Shown: positions 53,523-62,758 of the stretch, piece after piece | Position numbering within the stretch: the stretch's first letter is position 1 | Layout: every line of letters starts with the position of its first letter | NCBI GenBank assembly: GCA_963841565.1 | Contig: CAWJCY010000003.1 | Span: 32,001-96,000, forward strand | DNA: 64,000 nt | Reading direction: 5' to 3' | From: an uncultured Nitrososphaerales archaeon | GTDB taxonomy: Archaea > Thermoproteota > Nitrososphaeria > Nitrososphaerales > Nitrososphaeraceae | The notes under the pieces: model-generated | The model's input: only the letters and a program-made list of their open reading frames with translations | Database searches by the model: none | What the model was told of the DNA's origin: nothing | Position numbers and translations under genes: made by a program

Positions 53523-53702
53523 ATGAATCTGTGTTACATTTGCAATTCGAAGGCTGGAAGCAAATTTTGCCCAGTATGTAATCGGCCAGTTTGTAAGAAC
53601 TGCATGAAGAATTTCCCGTTCTCTGAAAGCCTATGTTTAGAATGCTCAAAGGAAATAAGAACAGGACTCGGAGGCGTACGAAAGGATGAGGAGATATTTT
53701 AG
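53523..53702 (+). CDS. 59-aa four-CxxC zinc-finger protein (not in ORF track)
   Basis: MNLCYICNSKAGSKFCPVCNRPVCKNCMKNFPFSESLCLECSKEIRTGLGGVRKDEEIF; ATTATA about 25 nt upstream. Confidence 0.75.
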   Translation: MNLCYICNSKAGSKFCPVCNRPVCKNCMKNFPFSESLCLECSKEIRTGLGGVRKDEEIF

Positions 53703-53919
53703 TGATTGACCTGGTTCGGTACCCCTATCCTTCCGGAAAATGATTCATGAGTGCCGACTTCTCATGCTATTTCAAATATAGGATCTCTAAAGCAATTGCG
53801 TTTGGTAGCACAATGCTTCTCCGTAAAATGATTAGCAGAATAGGAACGATAAATAGTTTGAAAGCTGTGTGATGCTACTGAATATCAACTGGAGGGTAAG
53901 GATTAACTGGGCACCAAGT

Positions 53920-54345
53920 TCATAAATTTTTCTTTATCTTGTCTGCTAATTCCTCAAGCTCCTTATAGCCTGTTACTTTTCTAGAAGGCCACTTACCATC
54001 TCGACTATCATTTTCATATCTTGGAATTATATGTACGTGGACATGAGGAACGATCTGATTTGCCGCTTTGCCGTTGTTTTGTCCAGTATTGAGGCCCTGT
54101 GCGCCAGTGGCATTATACACGGCCGATGCTATAGTATGGACCACCCTGTACAAATTTCCAACCTCGACCTCGGTCATCTGAAAAAGGTCACCATAATGAT
54201 ACTTGGGGAGCACAAGGGTATGCCCCGAGGTGATGGGATACTTGTCCATGAATGCCAGAAAAGTGTTATCTTCATAGACTTTCGCTACAGGGGATTGGCC
54301 TCTGATTATCGCACAGAAGACACAATACTTGTTCGTCTCAGACAT
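53920..54345 (-). CDS. HIT-family hydrolase
   Basis: CVFC, GHTLVLPK.H, HVHVHIIPR. Confidence 0.95.
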   Translation of the reverse strand: MSETNKYCVFCAIIRGQSPVAKVYEDNTFLAFMDKYPITSGHTLVLPKYHYGDLFQMTEVEVGNLYRVVHTIASAVYNATGAQGLNTGQNNGKAANQIVPHVHVHIIPRYENDSRDGKWPSRKVTGYKELEELADKIKKNL

Positions 54346-54443
54346 CTATTTGACTTCTTATTGGACGACGGCTACGTTTATTTATTGTTTAGGGTTGAGG
54401 GGGTATTCTTTCTTGAAATAGAATACCCCTTACCTCTCAGCAT

Positions 54444-54464
54444 ATCTCATAAATATCATGAGAT
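54444..54464 (+). promoter_or_regulatory. Palindrome enclosing the TATA box of the 54480 gene
   Basis: ATCTCAT-AAATATC-ATGAGAT; the ATAAATA element lies about 25-30 nt upstream of ATG 54480. Confidence 0.55.
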
Positions 54465-54479
54465 TATCTTCATAACATT

Positions 54480-54668
54480 ATGGTAGAAACAGTAGAGCTA
54501 GAAACTTTTGATTTGGTCTTCTCATTTCATTGTCCGAAATGTGATTACTTGAATGAGGAGATTTCAGCAAACGATCTCCTCAATGGAAATGCAGAATGTG
54601 GAATGTGTGAAACTGAATTCAAAGTGGAAGGCCTAGATGGAATAAAAATTACTGCAACAATGGAGTAG
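54480..54668 (+). CDS. Small acidic Zn-ribbon protein
   Basis: CPKC...CGMC. Confidence 0.75.
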   Translation: MVETVELETFDLVFSFHCPKCDYLNEEISANDLLNGNAECGMCETEFKVEGLDGIKITATME

Positions 54669-54726
54669 TTTGATCACTATTTCCGGATCACTAATATTAA
54701 AATAAGTATCGCAAATCCTTATTCTT

Positions 54727-56403
54727 GTGAATTTACCAAGTCGCAAGGTTATAGAGGGTGGTGCAAGAGCACCACAAAGGTCATATTATAAATCCATGGG
54801 CCTGACGGACAATGATTTGTCAAAACCGATGGTAGCGGTATCTTCAACTTGCAACGAAGCTACTCCATGCAATATCCATCTCGGAAGGTTGGCACAGCAT
54901 GCAAAAAATGGAGTAAAAGATAGTGGCTGTACGCCTAGAGAATTTACAGCCATTTCAGTTTCGGATGGTATCGCGATGGGTCACGAAGGAATGAAAGCTT
55001 CGTTGGTTAGTAGAGAGATCATTGCGGATTCTATTGAAGTAATGATGATTGCTCACCAATATGACGCCCTTGTTGGGATATCGGGGTGTGATAAGAGTTT
55101 ACCAGGAACATTGATGGGTATGGCTCGCGTAAACGTTCCCTCCATATTCGTATATGGAGGTTCAATATTGCCAGGTATCTGGAACGGCAAACAAGTTACT
55201 ATACAAGATGTTTTTGAAGCTGTCGGTAGTTATGAAGCCGGTAAGATGAGTATGGCGGAGCTCGTTAGTTTGGAAAATGTTGCATGCCCTTCTGCCGGCT
55301 CATGTGCAGGTATGTACACGGCCAATACGATGGCATCTGTGGGGGAGGCAATTGGCATGTCGTTGCCAGGCAGCTCTACTGCACCAGCAGAAAGCGAGAA
55401 AAGAACCTCTTTGTGTTATACAACAGGAAAAGCAATCGGCGCGCTTATCGAAAATAACATTCGACCAAAGGATATCATGACGTTTGAAGCCTTTGAAAAT
55501 GGAATCGCCATGGCGAATGCTATCGGTGGATCTACTAATGCTGTGTTGCATCTGGTCGCCTTGGCAAGAGAAGTAGGTATAAACTTGACACTGTCAGATT
55601 TTGAGAGAATTAGAAAGCGAACGCCGCATATTGCAAATATGAGGCCAGGTGGATCTTATGTGATGATTGATCTCGAAGAGATAGGGGGCATACCCTTGAT
55701 CATGAAGATGCTTTACGAACGTGGTCTTTTCAATGGCGAAGCGATTACAGTAACTGGTAAGAGTATGAAGGAAAATCTGGATCACGTTGAGGTCGATTTA
55801 TCAGATCACAGTCAGTTGGTTGCCCCGGTAAGTGCACCTCTTCATTCGCAGGGAACGCTTAAGGTCTTGAGCGGTACATTGGCACCAGATGGAGCAGTAG
55901 TTAAAATTGCTGGGCTCGATACAGCTCGCTTTCGTGGAGAAGCGAAGGTGTTTGATGCAGAAGAGGAAGCATTTGGAGCAGTTTCAAAGGGATTAGTAAC
56001 TGAAGGTGATGTAGTGGTCATCAGATATGAAGGTCCCAAAGGAGGCCCAGGAATGAGAGAAATGCTGGCGGTAACTGCAGCTCTTGTGGGGCAGGGACTA
56101 GGCCAGAAGGTTGCGATGGTGACTGACGGGAGATTCTCAGGAGCGACAAGAGGCCTTATGATAGGCCATGTTTCGCCAGAGGCTATGGAGGGTGGACCTA
56201 TTGCGATCGTTAAGACTGGCGATCAAATAGAGATAGATATTGAAAAAGGAACCGTTGACCTTATGGTGGATAGTGCCACAATTGAGGCGAGATTCAAGGA
56301 TTGGAAACCGATCGCAAATCGATATCTATCAGGAGTTTTGGCAAAATATGCATCATTGGTCCAGTCCGCGTCTGACGGTGCGATAACTCTCCCCTGTGAG
56401 TGA
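54727..56403 (+). CDS. ilvD: Dihydroxy-acid dehydratase
   Basis: PCNIHL, SDGIAMGH, GCDK..PG, GMYTANTM, YEGPKGGPGMREM, TDGRFSG. Confidence 0.98.
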   Translation: MNLPSRKVIEGGARAPQRSYYKSMGLTDNDLSKPMVAVSSTCNEATPCNIHLGRLAQHAKNGVKDSGCTPREFTAISVSDGIAMGHEGMKASLVSREIIADSIEVMMIAHQYDALVGISGCDKSLPGTLMGMARVNVPSIFVYGGSILPGIWNGKQVTIQDVFEAVGSYEAGKMSMAELVSLENVACPSAGSCAGMYTANTMASVGEAIGMSLPGSSTAPAESEKRTSLCYTTGKAIGALIENNIRPKDIMTFEAFENGIAMANAIGGSTNAVLHLVALAREVGINLTLSDFERIRKRTPHIANMRPGGSYVMIDLEEIGGIPLIMKMLYERGLFNGEAITVTGKSMKENLDHVEVDLSDHSQLVAPVSAPLHSQGTLKVLSGTLAPDGAVVKIAGLDTARFRGEAKVFDAEEEAFGAVSKGLVTEGDVVVIRYEGPKGGPGMREMLAVTAALVGQGLGQKVAMVTDGRFSGATRGLMIGHVSPEAMEGGPIAIVKTGDQIEIDIEKGTVDLMVDSATIEARFKDWKPIANRYLSGVLAKYASLVQSASDGAITLPCE

Positions 56404-56480
56404 GAGACCATAGTGAATTTCTTTTCGACCTTCAAGATTCAATGAAGATGTATAAATATGAACAATGAGGTCGGTTATAT

Positions 56481-57695
56481 ATGATAAAAATTGGGCTAAT
56501 AGGTAAGACCAATACTGGTAAGACCACTTTCTTTAACTCTGCTTCCCTTTCATCTGCAGATATCTCCAACTATCCGTTTACCACGAAGGTCCCTTCAGTC
56601 GCGAATGCAAATGCGATTACATTGTGTGTTCATAAGGAACTCGGAGTCAATGACAATCCACGTAATTCACGCTGTGTAGATGGCTGGAGATTCATTCCAA
56701 TAGAGATTGTCGACCTCCCTGGATTAATAAAAGGTGCTTGGGAAGGAAAAGGTTTAGGAAATCAATTCCTCTCTGTTGCAGCCCAATCTGACGCCCTACT
56801 TCACATAGTCGACGTCTCGGGAAGTATTGAGGCATCGGGAAGAGTCGCCGAACCGGGCACCGGAGATCCTATTGCGGATATAGCAGATATTGAAGAGGAA
56901 TTGGTTATGTGGTATCTAAAGCTGTTTGAAGGAAATCGTGATAAGATTGCACGCTCGATCCATTCCGGAGTAGATACGATAAATTCTATTACTGAAATTT
57001 TTAGAGGAATCGGGGTAAAGGAACATCACGTGAAGGCTGCAATTATATCAAACAATCTGACTGATACAAAGATTGATGATTTTAGCTCTGAAATTACCAA
57101 GGATTTCGTCTGGTCTCTACGAGAGCTCTCAAAACCGACTCTGATAGTTGCAAACAAAGTTGACCTACCGGCCTCTTCAGATAATTTCAGAAGACTGAGA
57201 GAAGAATACAAGGATCTAATCATTGTGCCTGCGAGTGCAGACGCCGAACTAACGTTGAGGAGGGCAGAACACAGGGGGTTGATCAAGTACCTTCCTGGTG
57301 ACGAACGGTTTGAAATCTTAGAACAGAGTGGATTGAACGAAAAGCAAAAATGGGCCCTCAATTTTATCCGAAGAGATATTCTTGGGGAATATATGAGAAC
57401 GGGTGTCCAATTTGCAATAAACGTCGCTGTTATGAAATTGCTAAGAATGAACACTGTATATCCAGTGGCTAATCCTTCAAAGTACTCGGATAGGAACGGG
57501 CAAGTCTTACCCGACGTTTATCTCATGGAGGCTGGGTCAACTGTTGAAGATCTTGCGAATACTGTTCATAGCGACCTATCTCGAGGTCTACTCTATGCAG
57601 TGGATGCAAGGGATGGATTGAGGCTCCCAGTCAATTATCACTTGAAGGATCGAGACGTGTTATCTATCGTCTCATCAGGTAGAAAGAAAAGGTGA
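56481..57695 (+). CDS. YchF/Obg-family translation-associated NTPase
   Basis: GKTNTGKTT, NYPFTT, DLPGL, GLGNQFL, ANKVD, C-terminal TGS domain. Confidence 0.92.
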   Translation: MIKIGLIGKTNTGKTTFFNSASLSSADISNYPFTTKVPSVANANAITLCVHKELGVNDNPRNSRCVDGWRFIPIEIVDLPGLIKGAWEGKGLGNQFLSVAAQSDALLHIVDVSGSIEASGRVAEPGTGDPIADIADIEEELVMWYLKLFEGNRDKIARSIHSGVDTINSITEIFRGIGVKEHHVKAAIISNNLTDTKIDDFSSEITKDFVWSLRELSKPTLIVANKVDLPASSDNFRRLREEYKDLIIVPASADAELTLRRAEHRGLIKYLPGDERFEILEQSGLNEKQKWALNFIRRDILGEYMRTGVQFAINVAVMKLLRMNTVYPVANPSKYSDRNGQVLPDVYLMEAGSTVEDLANTVHSDLSRGLLYAVDARDGLRLPVNYHLKDRDVLSIVSSGRKKR

Positions 57696-57775
57696 TCCAT
57701 TCCCGTTCCGTCACAACAATACCATTTTTAATTAAGATAGGCTTTTATTTCCATTGCCTACAAAGAAGTTTAAGA

Positions 57776-57943
57776 TTGTCTGATTCAGGAATTCTTGGAG
57801 GAGTGGTCTATGAATGTATGCGCTGCGGCACACACGTCACCGTTGAAGAGCTCTCTAGGTTGCCGGAAATTAAATGTATATGTGGCTTCAGAGTCTTTAG
57901 AAAGGCCAGACAACCTATTGTTAAGCAGCTAAAAGCGGTCTAG
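57776..57943 (+). CDS. rpoP: RNA polymerase subunit Rpo12 (RpoP)
   Basis: YECMRCG...IKCICGFRVFRK.R.PIVK..KAV; probable TTG start at 57776. Confidence 0.92.
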   Translation: MSDSGILGGVVYECMRCGTHVTVEELSRLPEIKCICGFRVFRKARQPIVKQLKAV

Positions 57944-58020
57944 CCTACTTATCTGCTTCATTTCGTGTTGAAGGCTATGTCCATACATTTTTAGCGCGCC
58001 TTTGAGAATACATTAGTAGT

Positions 58021-58192
58021 ATGAAAGTGAAGTGTCCGGATTGTGAAGGCATAGCAGAGTCTATCTGATAACTTCAGTTTTGTGCGATGTGAAAAATGTC
58101 ATTTGGACTTGACTTATGGTGAGTATGTAAAGTACATTGGAAAGAAAAATCCCGTGTACAAGGACATACTCAGCGATTACAAACTGCGCTAG
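58021..58192 (+). CDS. Small Zn-ribbon protein, 1-nt frameshift near 58060
   Basis: MKVKCPDCEGIAE|LSDNFSFVRCEKCHLDLTYGEYVKYIGKKNPVYKDILSDYKLR after removing one base. Confidence 0.65.
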
Positions 58193-58449
58193 TGACAAGG
58201 TTTGGTAGCCAGATGATTAGCTCTTGTTGTTCCTGTGGTCGTAATTCTAAATCTCTTCTACTTGTATTTCGTGAGGAACATTGGATTTATTTTTAATCTA
58301 TTCATCTATGATTAGTCAGCTGATTCATTCCTACTTTCCTTTTCGTAATAGTCAACTTTCTAATTTACTAGAAATAGTGCGAGGCCCAGCAAAAAAATCC
58401 TTTTCGGGAAGACCGAAAAATGTAGACAAAGCTCGTGTCCGGGTACGAT

Positions 58450-59052
58450 CTACTTATCGAAGCTAAGCGATTCTTGTGCATGTCCACCCTTGGTTATTAC
58501 TAGCAAATCTATCCCGTCGCCGCTTGCAGAATCTCTCTGTATCGAAGACCTGATAGCCTTTAACGCAAGATCCTTCGATTGTTCAGCCGTAATGCTTGAC
58601 TTGTATTCAGAGTCAAGAACGCCTAATGCCATTTCTGCACCAGTTCCCACCGCAGCATACTCATCGGGAAGAACCGAGCCTAGCGGGTCTAATGTATAGA
58701 TCTGCGATTTTGCGTCTACTCCACCCACAATAACTTGTGTAAGAAGTGGGAAAAATCTGCGTTCAAACATTATAACAGACATCAACTTCGCCACAGAATT
58801 TGTTGCAACATTTCGCCTTGTTTCAAGCTTTCTAATTTTTGCCAATGCCTCAACTTGTCTGACCAATACTTGCATATCTGCTATCATACCAGCGCATGCA
58901 GCTCCGACACTCTCTGTGACAGAAAATATTTTCCTTGTTTGCTTATTAATAACGAAGTTCCCGTACGAGACACGTTTTTCAGCAGCTAAGGTAACGCCAT
59001 TAGCGAACGATATCCCAACTGCAGTTGCCCCTGGCATAAATTGAAAAGCCAT
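58450..59052 (-). CDS. psmB: Proteasome beta subunit (Ala at the Thr1 position)
   Basis: GATAVG, AAEKR, AGMIAD.Q, DPLGS, GTG, RDSASGDG. Confidence 0.95.
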   Translation of the reverse strand: MAFQFMPGATAVGISFANGVTLAAEKRVSYGNFVINKQTRKIFSVTESVGAACAGMIADMQVLVRQVEALAKIRKLETRRNVATNSVAKLMSVIMFERRFFPLLTQVIVGGVDAKSQIYTLDPLGSVLPDEYAAVGTGAEMALGVLDSEYKSSITAEQSKDLALKAIRSSIQRDSASGDGIDLLVITKGGHAQESLSFDK

Positions 59053-59128
59053 TTATTTCGTCATTATATCCGAGTGTAGTTAGATTTAGTCCTTTCTATC
59101 GAAGGGGTTTGTTCGAGCTATCTTGGTA

Positions 59129-60853
59129 TCACTGCTTCTTCACAACGGAGTGGTCGTGTATCCTGATCGCTTCAGCAATTAACCTATTCTGTAGCTCTAA
59201 TGCCTCTTTTGCTTCAGGATGCTTGGCTTCAGCGAGAGCCTCAGCAACAATCCTTATTATGTGTCGCAATAAAAATTCATCGCCTCTTCTGGCCTCTGAT
59301 TGATATGCTGAATTAGCCTTGTTGACAAAAACGACGTTCTCGCTTCTAAAGCTGTATCTTGAATCGGTTTCATCCTCATAAGGAATTACCTTATATCCCA
59401 CTTTTTTCAAGGCGAATGTTTTCCTAATGATCGGTTTTCTGAACCTCTTTATAGTGGATATTCCAGTTGTTTGCTGTAATTTATCCTCAATGTCAGGCGA
59501 AGCCTCGAGTAGCGAATCATAATTTATGCCAAATTTGGAAAACGTGCCTGACCCAGGTTCTACGTCGTCGTTTATCCCTTTAGTACCGACTTCACCGTCC
59601 ATAGACTTCTCTCTTCGATCGGAAATCGAGCCAAGACTGTTAGTGTCTAGGCCAGATTCCACGTCGTTTCGACCTTCACTAGGATATTGACTCTGGCTCG
59701 TCGAACTGATAATCTGACTGGGCGAACCAATTTCATTGCTTGTAGAAATTCTTCCGCCTGTTGCAACTTCCAATTTATCGCCAGCTCTGACCTCTTCTGT
59801 AACATCGACTAACTGAAATCCTTCAATTTCCTCTTCTCCTTCTAAGTTCTCAAACAAGGCTTGTCCTAATGCTTTATCAATTTCTTTGTAAATCTTCGAT
59901 TCCTCTCTAGTAATCAAGACATCCTCGTATTCAGACAAGCTAGGAATTACGATATCCTTGACGAACTGCTTCATTGTACTACGAAAGGCGTGATACTCAT
60001 CATCCTCAATTAATGCAGATTTGTCTGCAAAACGAGATGTCAGAGAATCACATCTAACGATTCCAGTTATCCTGCTCAATCTTGAATCAAGATCAAACGA
60101 AGTACGAGTAACTATGTGATTTCGTATCATGATTCCAATACCTCTTTCTTCTTCTGATAGGGGTCTCTTGGCGATTATAATTTCTCCAACAATACGGGGC
60201 GACTCAATATTGACAGGAATTCTGTGACCTTGAATGTCAGGGGGGGTGATCATCTGAGCATCAGCAAGATCCCACTCCCTAAAACTATTTGCGCTTTTCC
60301 AATATACTTCAAATAGAGGGTAGCGAAGAATAGCCAACTTTCTGATTTCCTTGACTAATTTAGTTGGATCTATGTTCACCTTAGAATTGCTTAAAGTCAA
60401 TTCCGTACCATTGCGGGTCAGGAGCGGTTCGTAAAGCTCTTTCAATCTCGAGTTTCCCTTGTACAGTTCGTCAAGTGATGTAGAATCAATCACGATTGAT
60501 TTTCTAAATCCATCCCTTTTTGTTCGCATTTTCATGCTATCGAAGGACGTCAAGAAGGATAAACGACCAGTGCCATACCTGCCTGTCCTGGTTCTTTTCA
60601 ATCTAGGAGAGATAAAATCATTCTTCTTGTGAGGAGAGCCTAGAACTAGAAATTTATCCATGCCATCTTCATCCATGCCGGCATCATCTTCAATCACGAT
60701 GGTACCGTCACTGACAATAGTTATCAATACCTTGGTTGCATCCTCGTCAAATGCGTTTTCGATCATTTCTTTTATAATATCATTTGGAGAGACCCAGGTT
60801 TTAGTTGCAAATTCTTTGAAGAAAGATGGATGCACCTTGAGTTCAACTGTCAT
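59129..60853 (-). CDS. GHKL (HATPase_c/MORC-like) ATPase
   Basis: EMIENAFD, IEDDAGM, GRYGTG, GT motifs; acidic low-complexity linker. Confidence 0.85.
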   Translation of the reverse strand: MTVELKVHPSFFKEFATKTWVSPNDIIKEMIENAFDEDATKVLITIVSDGTIVIEDDAGMDEDGMDKFLVLGSPHKKNDFISPRLKRTRTGRYGTGRLSFLTSFDSMKMRTKRDGFRKSIVIDSTSLDELYKGNSRLKELYEPLLTRNGTELTLSNSKVNIDPTKLVKEIRKLAILRYPLFEVYWKSANSFREWDLADAQMITPPDIQGHRIPVNIESPRIVGEIIIAKRPLSEEERGIGIMIRNHIVTRTSFDLDSRLSRITGIVRCDSLTSRFADKSALIEDDEYHAFRSTMKQFVKDIVIPSLSEYEDVLITREESKIYKEIDKALGQALFENLEGEEEIEGFQLVDVTEEVRAGDKLEVATGGRISTSNEIGSPSQIISSTSQSQYPSEGRNDVESGLDTNSLGSISDRREKSMDGEVGTKGINDDVEPGSGTFSKFGINYDSLLEASPDIEDKLQQTTGISTIKRFRKPIIRKTFALKKVGYKVIPYEDETDSRYSFRSENVVFVNKANSAYQSEARRGDEFLLRHIIRIVAEALAEAKHPEAKEALELQNRLIAEAIRIHDHSVVKKQ

Positions 60854-60993
60854 TTCTTATATCATGTACTGGTTCTCCCCTTTATCTATTGCGTAAAATC
60901 CTTGATACGCTCAGGCCGATACCGTTTTTCACTACAGATTTGAGAGGCTCGCACGAATGATTACAATGTTTATCGACCTCTTCATTATTCAGG

Positions 60994-61563
60994 TCATAGC
61001 CTCATTGGAATGATTGTGCCTGTATCTATAATTTTTCTTACATTTTCCTCGAGTAAATCGAATCTAATTCTGTAATATTGGCCTTGGCCTGTTTTAATTT
61101 TATCATGAGCCCTCCTCAAAATACCAATACATGTTTCGTTTTCGCCTTTCTGAAAATGGACGAAGGCTGCGGCAACTAAAATGACTCCATTAAGCAACCC
61201 TTTTTCTTTGCCGTCTGATTGTTTCCATACATTCTCAAGCACTTCGTGGCACTTCCAAAATCTCTCATCATTGAAGAGGACTCGTGCTCTATCGATAGCC
61301 TCTTCTTTAGAGAGATCTTCCTCCTTTATTATTTCGTAGCTATCGAATTCAGCAATTGTTGAAAGAGCATTTAGGACAATTCGATCTATTACTTCTTGTT
61401 CAGAAACACTCACATCAAATTCAATGAATCGCTGTGCTACTCTAACATCTCTTATGATAATATTGCTAGACTTTGGGATTCTTGTCCTAGCCTCTAATCG
61501 TACTGCCGGTGCATCAGAGGGCTTGAACTTTTGGTTTTTCAAATAAAGAAGATATCTTTCCAA
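60994..61563 (-). CDS. DUF309-domain protein
   Basis: LFN..RFW.CHEVLE.VW, GVI.VAAA.VH. Confidence 0.88.
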   Translation of the reverse strand: MERYLLYLKNQKFKPSDAPAVRLEARTRIPKSSNIIIRDVRVAQRFIEFDVSVSEQEVIDRIVLNALSTIAEFDSYEIIKEEDLSKEEAIDRARVLFNDERFWKCHEVLENVWKQSDGKEKGLLNGVILVAAAFVHFQKGENETCIGILRRAHDKIKTGQGQYYRIRFDLLEENVRKIIDTGTIIPMRL

Positions 61564-61653
61564 TATTAACTTGCAAATTGAGGATCCACTATAAATTCAT
61601 GAAGAATGCGTAGGCAGTAGATTCACTGTCATTCCTCTCACGAATTAGCATTT

Positions 61654-62481
61654 TTACTCCACCATCGAAAAGACAAATGGGGTGTCAATGGATTGCTCAT
61701 TGGTCCACATCGTCGGCAATGTAAGACAGTCCAATATGCTCAATTTGTGTTCCGCAACGAAGCGGCCCCAACCATAAAGAGTACGATCCCTGGAATACCG
61801 TTTCATCGTATGACTGCCCATTAATGCAAAACCTAATTTTGAAGACGAAAATTCATGGTGAATCAGGTTACTTATCACTGCCTCGGCAAGAACTTCTCCC
61901 TGTTCTGGCAATCCCGAAATCAGGAACATAGGTTTTGATAAATTCATCCCTTCGAAATTAGCCTTGCAGGCATCACTATTAATTACCTCGAATTCTACCC
62001 CGGTCGAGCAAATTATTCTCCGTTGAAGTTCTACCAGATTAGCATCCAATTCAACGCTTATCCCGCGCAATCCAACCACTGCTCCACAATAGGGAATGCG
62101 TGCGTCTCCTGATCCTATGTCTATTATTTCGCTGAAACCCGATAACTTGGCCCTTAAGCAAATGATTAATGAAGAAATTAGCCAAGTTGGGTAAAATGGT
62201 TGATAACAGGCATCATATTTCTTGCTACTTAGCCAATATTCTATTACTTCACAAGAGAAGACCTTGCATCTGCAATTCTGGATGTCAATTTCTTTCTGAC
62301 CATGGAATATTGGATTATGGGAGGCAAATTCATTGAGCTTTGAAATAAATATGTCATCACTTTCCTCGACACTCAAGCAATCTAATGGCAAGATCTCATA
62401 GGGAGAACCACTAAAATCACGGCTCCCAATGTAGACTCTTTTAAGTCCCGTAACCAAGCTGGCCAGATCATCAGGGTGCAA
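61654..62481 (-). CDS. Putative SAM-dependent methyltransferase
   Basis: IIDIGSGDARI, SVELD, SDA; start probably TTG 62481 because the upstream part of the track ORF overlaps a separate gene. Confidence 0.7.
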   Translation of the reverse strand: MHPDDLASLVTGLKRVYIGSRDFSGSPYEILPLDCLSVEESDDIFISKLNEFASHNPIFHGQKEIDIQNCRCKVFSCEVIEYWLSSKKYDACYQPFYPTWLISSLIICLRAKLSGFSEIIDIGSGDARIPYCGAVVGLRGISVELDANLVELQRRIICSTGVEFEVINSDACKANFEGMNLSKPMFLISGLPEQGEVLAEAVISNLIHHEFSSSKLGFALMGSHTMKRYSRDRTLYGWGRFVAEHKLSILDCLTLPTMWTNEQSIDTPFVFSMVE

Positions 62482-62488
62482 GAGGCAG

Positions 62489-62662
62489 TCAATACACCGA
62501 CTCAGCGCTAGGACGAAAGGATCTACGATATGACTTGTGCCCACAATTTATGCATCTATAAGCACTCTTCTTTTTGTATGTGACAATTGCATCTTCGTCA
62601 ACGATCAAAACATGTTCAGACTTAGCCATGCAGCGATCACAGAACCTCTTTTCTGTTTCCAT
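62489..62662 (-). CDS. 57-aa Zn-ribbon protein (not in ORF track)
   Basis: METEKRFCDRCMAKSEHVLIVDEDAIVTYKKKSAYRCINCGHKSYRRSFRPSAESVY. Confidence 0.75.
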   Translation of the reverse strand: METEKRFCDRCMAKSEHVLIVDEDAIVTYKKKSAYRCINCGHKSYRRSFRPSAESVY

Positions 62663-62758
62663 AGTTAGACGGAATTATTATTGGATCTCAAAACAAAAAT
62701 ATGAATGTATATTTAACTGGACTTGTGAGACTGCACTCTGAATAACAGTGGAATAATA

